A DNA stretch of 61,613 nucleotides, taken from NCBI GenBank assembly GCA_013239625.1, contig MU054204.1:617924-679536 (forward strand), in the 5' to 3' direction. Shown here in pieces: positions 36,701 to 45,700 of the stretch. The translations under genes were made by a program, and so were the position numbers. Origin of the DNA: Lama guanicoe (Eukaryota). The notes below the pieces were generated by a model. It worked only from the letters and a program-made list of their open reading frames with translations. It was not told where the DNA came from and searched no databases. Position 1 is the first letter of the stretch, and each line of letters begins with the position of its first letter.

Positions 36701-39700
36701 GTAAGAGCTTTTCGGGAAGGCAGACATCTTTCTGATTCCAGTATGTTGTCCCATGACTTAGCATAGTAACAGCAACAATCACAACCAAAACTGAAAGTGC
36801 TTAGTATGAGACATTGAATAAAATGTTGGCTAGATGGATAGGTGTGGAGATGGGTATATGGACAAATAGATGGGGCCCTCTTTCCTCTTTTAATATGTAG
36901 TTTCTCTACTCTCCATGAACTAGAAACATTCTCACCAGGAGCTTTCAAAGCATACCTGCTTGCGATCGACAAGGTGTAGTTTCTCCAGGGTGAGATGTGT
37001 GACACAGTTCTTCCTCCTCAGGAATATGAGGCTCCTGCAATGGATGATGGGAAACTGGAGGTAGTGGCAATCTTTGGTTCCGTACAGATGGCAATGTCCC
37101 GGATCATCAACCTCCATCATCATCGCATCGCCCAGGTAGGCATAGGGTGGGTGGGCACCAGAAAGGGTTTAACTTGTATGTAAAACAGAAACAGACTCAC
37201 AGCCATAGAATACCGACTTGTAGTTGCCAGGGGGGAGGGGGTGGAAAGGGATAAACTGGGAGTTCGAGATTTGCAGATACTGACTGGTATATGTGGACTA
37301 GATAAACAAGTTTATACTGTATAGCACAGGGAAACATATTCAACATCTTGTAGTAGCTCATGGTGAAAAAGAATATGAAAATGAATATATGTATATTCAT
37401 GCATGACTGAAGCATTGTGCTGTACACCAGAAATTGACACAACATTGTAAACTGACTACCTCAATAAAAATTTTTAAAAAAGAAAGGACAAAAAAAAAGA
37501 ATCAGCAGATGAAATAGAAATATAATATATTCACAAAGGCCAGATATTAGAATTATAAAATGAGAATTCAAATAATTGTTACTTTATGTTCAGGGAGATA
37601 AAAAATTGAATATTGAAAATTTGAATAGGAATTTTATTATTAAAAATTCAACAGATATATAAAATTTCAATATAAAACTAGATACTAAACTATTTTAAAT
37701 GAACCAAAAAGAAATTCTAGCACTGAAAAATACAGTAAGTGAAATTAAAAATCCAAAAAAATAAAATAAAACAAAATAAAAGGGTTTGAGTTCTGTGGCT
37801 ACAACCCTGGGGAAGCAGCATCTAAGAGTGGCAGGGTGGCAGTAGCAGGTTATCTGGTAGGCAGCCAGGTGCTGGCTGAGGTTGGAAACAGAGGTAGTAA
37901 GGGCAGAAGGAGCAAAAAGCCCATAGGAAGCATGTTTCCTCCCTGGGATAATCTGATTCATATTTTCACCAGTCCTGTTCAGATATACATTTAGGCAATG
38001 AGTTTATCAGATTGGGCTATAGTGGTTATATCATTCCCCTCACCACTTCCCCATTCTCCCTTCTCCTCTTCTCTGGCAGTGCCGTGAAGTGATGATAACC
38101 ATCGATGGTGAAGAAGGTATCCCAGTGCAGGTGGATGGGGAGGCCTGGGTTCAGAGGCCGGGCCTTATCAAGATTAGATACAAGAATGCCACCCAGATGC
38201 TAACAAGAGATCGGGTAAGAAGGGGAAGGCTCCTCTTGGGCTCCTACATTGTCTCATCTACAGCTATCACTGTGGGACTGAATACTTCTAGTCAAGCAGA
38301 ATTCCTCAAAGAGAGGTCTGCATGACACTTAGAGTCACCTTGGGTGCTTGTTACAATGCACATTCCTAGGCCCCACACAGACCCACTGAATCAGAATGGG
38401 GATGGGTAGTTCCTGGGAACTTGCATTTGCAGACACGCTCCCTGAGATGTTCTGATATATATTGATATTTGCAAACCACTGTCTTAGAGCTTGAGACAAG
38501 GAACTCCCCTCCTGTGGATTCAGACAGTGTTGTCCTCCTCCCTCCACTGCACAGAGAGCTAAAGGCCTCAGGTGGTTATGGAGTAATCTGCTCCCTCCAC
38601 AAGAGATTCTTTATTGAATATGACCTTTAGATTCCTCTAAGGCTTCTTAAAATACTGCATTCACAAATGTCACCCACTTCAACTAAACTACCTAAAGCTA
38701 AAAAGGAACCATTATTGATCAGATGCTCAATGCTTGGAGGCATTCTTCCTCTCTGACCCATGGATGGTTCATAGAAACAGCAATAGAGGAGGGAGGGGAT
38801 GTCTAGCTTATAAACTGCCTACTTTGCATTGGGCATTTTACATGCCTTCTCTCAAGTAGGTCCTCTTCAATAATCCTATGAGGTAGATATACTTATTCCC
38901 ATTTTACAGGTGAGGAAAACGAGGACCAGAGAGGTTAAATATCTTGCTAAAGGTCACACAACTAGTAAATCACAGAAGCACAATTCAAAATTAAACTAGA
39001 TATGTCTGGCTCTAAAATCCATCAGAACATATTGCCTATTGGCAAAGAAGGGACCATGAAAGGCACTCCACTGTCTTACCGATCTTCATATCAGATCATA
39101 TGATAGGGTCACATAGGATCATACAGTATTATATACTTCATATAGCAGCTTCTGGAAGGCAGACATCTATCTGATTCCAGTATATTGTCCCAAGACTTAG
39201 CAGAGTAACAGCAACAATGGCAACAAAAACTGAAAGTGCTTAGCATGAAAGAGACATTGAATAAAATGTTGACTAGGTGGATAGTTGTGGAGATGGGTGT
39301 ATGGAGGAATGGATGGGGCCCTCTTTCCCCTTTACCCACTGTACCGGCAAATATCAGACTCACAGACAGATCTGTCACATGCCCTCTTAGCTACAGTGAT
39401 CATTAGGCTCTGCCACTGTCTCCATCTCCAGGATTTCGAGAACTCCATGAAAATGTGGGAGTGCAAGCATGCTGAAATCCAAGCTGCCTCTCAACCGCAG
39501 CTGGACTCCCAGGAATCTCAAGAAATCCTCTCTGATGAGGAATATGCCCAGATGCAGTACTTAGTTCAGCTTGCAGAAAGCCTCATCAGCAGGTAAGTGG
39601 ACTGACCCAGATACAGGGCTGGGAATCCCATCCCAAGAGGGGATAGGCAGAAGAAGCCAACTTGTGTCTATTGGGTACGGCAGAGCCTGGCCTCAGGAAG

Positions 39701-42700
39701 GAGTCTTGCCCAGAGCTCTGAAGATGACAGGGGCCCTGACAATCCAGGCAGGAAATAGTCTTTGTGGTCAGCAGTAAGCCAGCTTGGATCTCTCCCATTA
39801 GGCCCAAAGATGAATTTTGAACCCCTCCTGCTGCCCCAGAGCCAACAGGATTAAACATGCTTATCCTTGTCCTTAAACATCAGGAGGGCCTTAGAGTCCC
39901 TCGAGTCAGCCACCTGCCTCTATTCTGGCCTCTCACTCTCCTAAAGCACCCAGTATCTAATTCAGGTGAGACAAGGGTGGAAAAAGTGAATGCCCAGAGA
40001 AGAGGATGAACATCTTCTGGCATCAGTGGTTACCTCGAAATGAGTAGAAAGAAGAGGAGGGAGTAAAGAATACAATTGGGGTACCCAGGGCTTTCCTTTT
40101 TACCCTTAATCCCAACCCTCACCATCATCTGAGGCCAGAAGTCCTTCAGAACTCTAGACTCATTTATCTGGCCCTGCTTTATTACAGACTTACTGACCTG
40201 AGCAAGGTCCACCAGCATGTGTCTGTCCTCATGGATTCTGTGAATGCCAGTGCTAACATCCTGAACGATACATTTTACAACCAAGACAGTAGCAATGAGG
40301 CAGGTGCAGCTTTCTGCAGTCCCATTGAGGTAAGTGGGGAAGCAGCAGATGAAGAAAGGAGTCAAACTAGATAGGAAAGGGGACAGAAGGGAACGGAGTG
40401 GGGTTGGAGACTGGGTGGAGAAACTGGGCAAATGGTATGGCAGGAAACTGATGGATAGAGTAGAGGGGAAGGTTAGGTATTCCTTGACTTGTTACAGGTC
40501 CAGAGTGGCGACTGGAAGAATCCCATAGCACATCTCACCAGCCTGAGAGCTTCCTACCACACTGGCCTCAGGGGAGAAATAGTCTTATGAATGGAGAGAA
40601 ACTTGACTTTGGTCTTTCCTCATCCCAGGTGGATCACTGTATAACCTGTTAAGATGACATTTGTCATTGAAACCTGAGCTCCAGGCTGCCTTGGTTTCCC
40701 TCTGGAGGGAAAGGTCCAGATTAGGATACTTGATGTAAAATGTACCATCTCATGACTTTAACCCCCTGGCAGACAATTTAAGTGATGCTTTTAAAAAGTA
40801 ACTTTAATGCAAGGCAAACGATACAAAAGGGCCACATTCAGGGTTAGGGCCTCCTGAAATGTTGGTTACCTATTTATTTGGGGCCAGATCTTAGTTGGAG
40901 GAGGCCTGGAGTTTCATGAAGAGAGATGGTTAGGCCTAACTCCACCTACCATGGGAAAGGTGGCTTTAGCCTAGTGGCAACCAGTGGCCTCAAACTTACT
41001 CTCTGGTTTGCATATCTCCTATTTCCTTATACCCGCAATACTCAATCAATGGTGCCAAATGCCATCTTGTGCTATGCCATGAGACAGGACACACCAATGC
41101 AGCTGTACCAGAAGTTGACAGCTGGCATCCATTCTGACTGCTTGGTGCCCATGTCGTACTACTAGTTGTGCTATATTTTGAGTGTTACTTTTTCACCTGC
41201 GGCCACATCCTACTAGCCTGCTCCTACCTTGCCACAGAGAAGCCAGCTGCATGCTGACTAACCAACAACTCCTCTGTCTTTGTCCTTTCCCTTCCTTTCT
41301 CTTCCTTTCTTCTCCTCTCAGACTCTAAGCAGAAATGACGCAGTAGATGTTACATTTAGTCTTAAAGGGCTCTACGATGACACCAAAGCTTTCCTGGATG
41401 AAAACTTGGTGAGTGGAGGGGGTTGGAAAAAGGGAGGGCAAAGTATCATATCTGAAGATGGTCACAGTCTGTGCTTGGTTCTAGGGTATTGGGAGACAGG
41501 TAGGAGCATTTTGGCCATGTGTTTACCTGGCAGTCCCTGCTGTGTCATCCTCACCCAGGGTTGTCATTGACTCTGTCACCTCATAGGTTATGCTAATCCA
41601 CAGAGACTACCATATCCTTGAAGCAAAGTCTCTCACTTTCCTTTGGCAAATGTCTCCTGGGTCTAGATCAGGCAGAACAGAAGCAGGGTGTTCTCGCCAT
41701 ACCGAATACAGCTTCAGGAGAAAAGGGTGAGCCCTTTGGAGCTGCTCTGCATCTCCCAAGTTTCCACCTATCTCTTTCACCATGTGGGAAGACAATATGG
41801 AATAGTGGGGAAAGTTGGGGGGTCTCTGGGTTCAAATCCCAAATCTGCCTCTAGCTAATTTCCTAAGGCTGTTGTAGCAGAGCGCTAAAACCTGGGTGAC
41901 TTAGAACAACAGAAATGGATTGTCTCACAGGTCTGTAGGCTTAGAAGGCTGAAATCAAGATGTCAGTAGGGCCATATTCCCTCTGAAACCTGTAGGGAAA
42001 ATCCTTCCTTGCCTCTTCCTAGCTTCCAGTGACTTGCTGGCAATCTATGGTGTGTTCCTTGGCTTATACATGCATTACTCTAATCCTCCACATTCACATG
42101 GTTCTCTCCCTGTCTCTGTCTTCACATGGCCATCATCTTAAAGGTCACCAGTCATACTGGATCAGGGCCTATCCTACTCCAGGGTCCAGACCAGGCCAGT
42201 GACTTCATCTTAATAACTAATTACATCGGCAATGACCCTATTTCAATATAAGGTCACATTCGAAGGTACTAAGGGGTTAGGAGTTCAAGATATCTTTTTG
42301 GAGGGGACACAAATGAATGCATAACAGTAGCTATGTGAAGTAACTTCACTTCTCTGGGTCTCAGTTTCTTATCTACAAAACAGGAATTGTAATCTCTGCC
42401 TCTCCAGGTTGTTGTTGTGAGCAAACTACTGTATTGTTGAGTGCCTAGCTCTGCCTAGCAGCTTGATAGATGGTAGATTTTTTTTTCAGTGTATAGAGAA
42501 AATGGACTGAGGCTCAGTTTTAGAGCTACAAGAAGAGTTGCATGTTTCTCATAATGCAGAGCCCATAGGCACACTTGGTGACTGTGCTCTAATGAGCCAA
42601 CTGATCATGACCACCCCACTTTGAAGTTCACTGCTAAGGCCCTGAGGAAGGTGTTGTTACTGCCTCTCATCTAATTAAAGTTTATTTGAAGAGGGGCTTC

Positions 42701-45700
42701 TGAGTTGGTTTTGTAAGAAGTACATCCACTTCTCCTTTTCCATTTGCACATCTAATTGGCACACTGCACAGGTGGCAGAGTGGCTCAAGCAATAAGGCCA
42801 GGCTATCCCAGCATCTGAGCCCCAAGCTAGAGTCTTTCAGTCTTCTGTGACAGCAACAGAAGTACCAATTATATATAGGCAGAATTCAATAGCCTTGCCA
42901 ATTTGGGCAGCAGGAATTATGGGAGCTTGGCCTCTCGTTGCCACTCTGGCTTTCTTCAGACTCATGGGCTCATGAAAATGGGTTTGTACCAGCTAACAAC
43001 CCAAACTGAGCACATACCACACTTAATATAGAACCTGGTAAGGACCCCCACACACCTACACACATCCCAGTGAAACCTGGGTGCAAATGGCAGCTAAGTA
43101 AGAATGACCATGTGTCTCCAAGGTCATAGCATAGAGGTGGCATGGACATAAGGCTTCTTTCATTTGAATGTTATTATCCTTCCCCTTGAAGAAGGAAGAC
43201 AATAAGGAGTTCAGTGTTGGGAGAGGGATATAGCCTTCTGGTGAAAATCCCACCCAGTAACTCCTACCTCCCTTATTTTGGCAAACACACTTAGTGATGT
43301 GTTAGGACGGGAACCAGGAAATGAACAACAGAGACCTCTGAGTCAGTCTGCACATTAATCTCAGAGAAGAGTCCTGGACAAGGTCTCTACTGGAGCCAGA
43401 AGGACAGGAGAATAGAGCATGAGACTCAAGCCCACCCAGTATACTATTTTTTGGAGCCTGAGTCCCTAGATGCCAAATAGGAAGTCACTGGGAAGCCACT
43501 TTATTCCTCTCCTGTTATGATTAGGAATCATTTTCTAAGGCCCCCAATTCCTCTTCTCTGTGGCTTGGGTTTCACTACCAAATCCCTCTTGAGCATTGCT
43601 GGTAAGTATGCCCCTATGTCCTCCCTGGCCCTCTCCCCCTTATCTTGAAGTGATGGCCATTTCTACCTGACACCACTGTTCCCCATCCCACCACCATGTG
43701 CACACACATGTACTGTGCATCTGGGATACTCTGGACTGCCCTAAATCATTAGTCATAAAGCAAAAGCAAGAGATGATCTGTCGGCATGACTTGTTTCTCA
43801 CTCATCTCCCATGCTGCTTGGTCGTAACTTCCAATCCCATCCCCCACTCACTCACCTGCCACCCATTTGTGGCAGTTGGCAAGGTTTCACATAAGGCTGG
43901 CCCATGCACAGCAAGAAGCCACATAAGTACCAGATTGAAAGTAGAGTTCATGCCAAGGAGGAGAGTGGAAGCCAAGTTAGGTGGGCTGCAAAGCACGTCA
44001 GGGCTGATGATATCAGCATGCATCTGTTCTCTCAGCTCACTATTTAATAGAACATAAACTATCTCACCTATGTTGTTGGTCTAGAAGTTGGTTCTGAGTT
44101 GGAGATGGTCCCAGAAGAATCTATTTTTAAATCTCCCATAGACCGTCCAGAGTTAATCCTGTGGGTGCCCGGGGTTAATAGGGGATGCTTAAGCTTTGTT
44201 TTTTGAACCTGTGGGACAAGCCATCTGGAACTCATTTCTTCATTACTAAGAGTGAATAGCTAGCGGCTAAAAGCACAGCCTGGTGAGGCAGACCCACTTT
44301 GCCAGGAAGGGAAAATCTGAGCCAATCTCTCTCTAACTCTCTCCTTCCTTCACAAAGCAGTCTTTAAATTATGGTGACTGCGTAACAAAGATCCGCCCCA
44401 GCATCTGGCCACCCCATATATCCTTTCTGGGACGATGTGGTATTAGATGGCAGGCTATAGCGTTAAGTAGATCTGGGTTTCTATCTAGCCATGTGATCTT
44501 GAGCACTAAACTTCTTTGAGTCTGCTTTCTCACCTATAAAGTGAGAAGAGTAGTACTTTGCAAGGTGTTATCAAGTTATTGGGAAGACAGAATGAAATCA
44601 TGTATCCACAGTGTCTGGCATATAATATGTGCTCCCAAACTGGTAGCTGTTATTAGGGGGATGCTAAGAGGCCTCCAGGAACTTGAGAGTCAAGGATAGG
44701 ACCCTGTCCTACACCCTAAGCTGTAGGGGTACAACTCAGCGTTCATTGACACTGGTCAAAGGCCTCTCTGCTTACCAAACTGTGAGCATGCCCAGCTCCA
44801 AGAAAAGCATCCCTAAATGGGTGTTTCCTGGATCTCCCTCCCTATTGAGAAAGTAAAGATCTGGCTATACTTTCCAGGGACCCCCTGGGCCAAAGGTGAC
44901 ACAAGTTGGCACCCTGTGGTCTCATGGCCACTAGCAGGGACTGGGAGTTGGGTAGAAGGCAAGAGTCTATGAAGGCAATGTGCTAGGTGTTGGACACTCA
45001 CTCTTTTTCCTGTCTTCACCAGCTAAGAAGTGCTGAGGATGAGACCATACTGCAAACTTCCCTGGATGCCATGAATAAGGAGTTTGAAAAGCTATCCGAG
45101 ATTGACTGGATGAATTCAGTCCTTATTCCGGAGGTATGTCACCTGTGGATTGGGAAATAAAGGGGAAAAGGGATTCTTCCTTGGGGTCTTGCCTTCCAGT
45201 GTGGGCCAGGACACAGTGACTGATGTAGCAGAGGGAATCCAGAAGTGGCTTTCAGCTTGAGCTTAATGGAGCCTCCTCCTCCCATCTCTTCACCAGAGGT
45301 TGACAGGACAAGGCAGAAAGCACACTGAAAAACTAGATGACCATGGGGGAAAGAACCAGAAAGAAAAAACACTCTGTGGCAGAAGACAAGGAGAGAATGA
45401 GCAAGATTGGTCTTTTTTCTGTGCTGTTCTCCTGGCTGCCATTCCCCTCCCTTGCTCCCTTGCTGCCAGGACTGAATTGCATCTGGTACCTACTATTATG
45501 GTCCATACCAGTTGTTTACAGCCAACATCTGTTGTAAATGGTTAGTGCCCAGGCCATACTGGTGGTTAAATCTTCCAAATGTCACCTCTCCTGGCTGTTT
45601 CCTGTCCCTCTTACTCTGGGAGGAAAGCAGGCTTTCTCAGTCCCTTCCCCTAGCAGGTGTGTGGCTTAAAACAAAATTAAGCATGGCAGCAGTGGCTACA

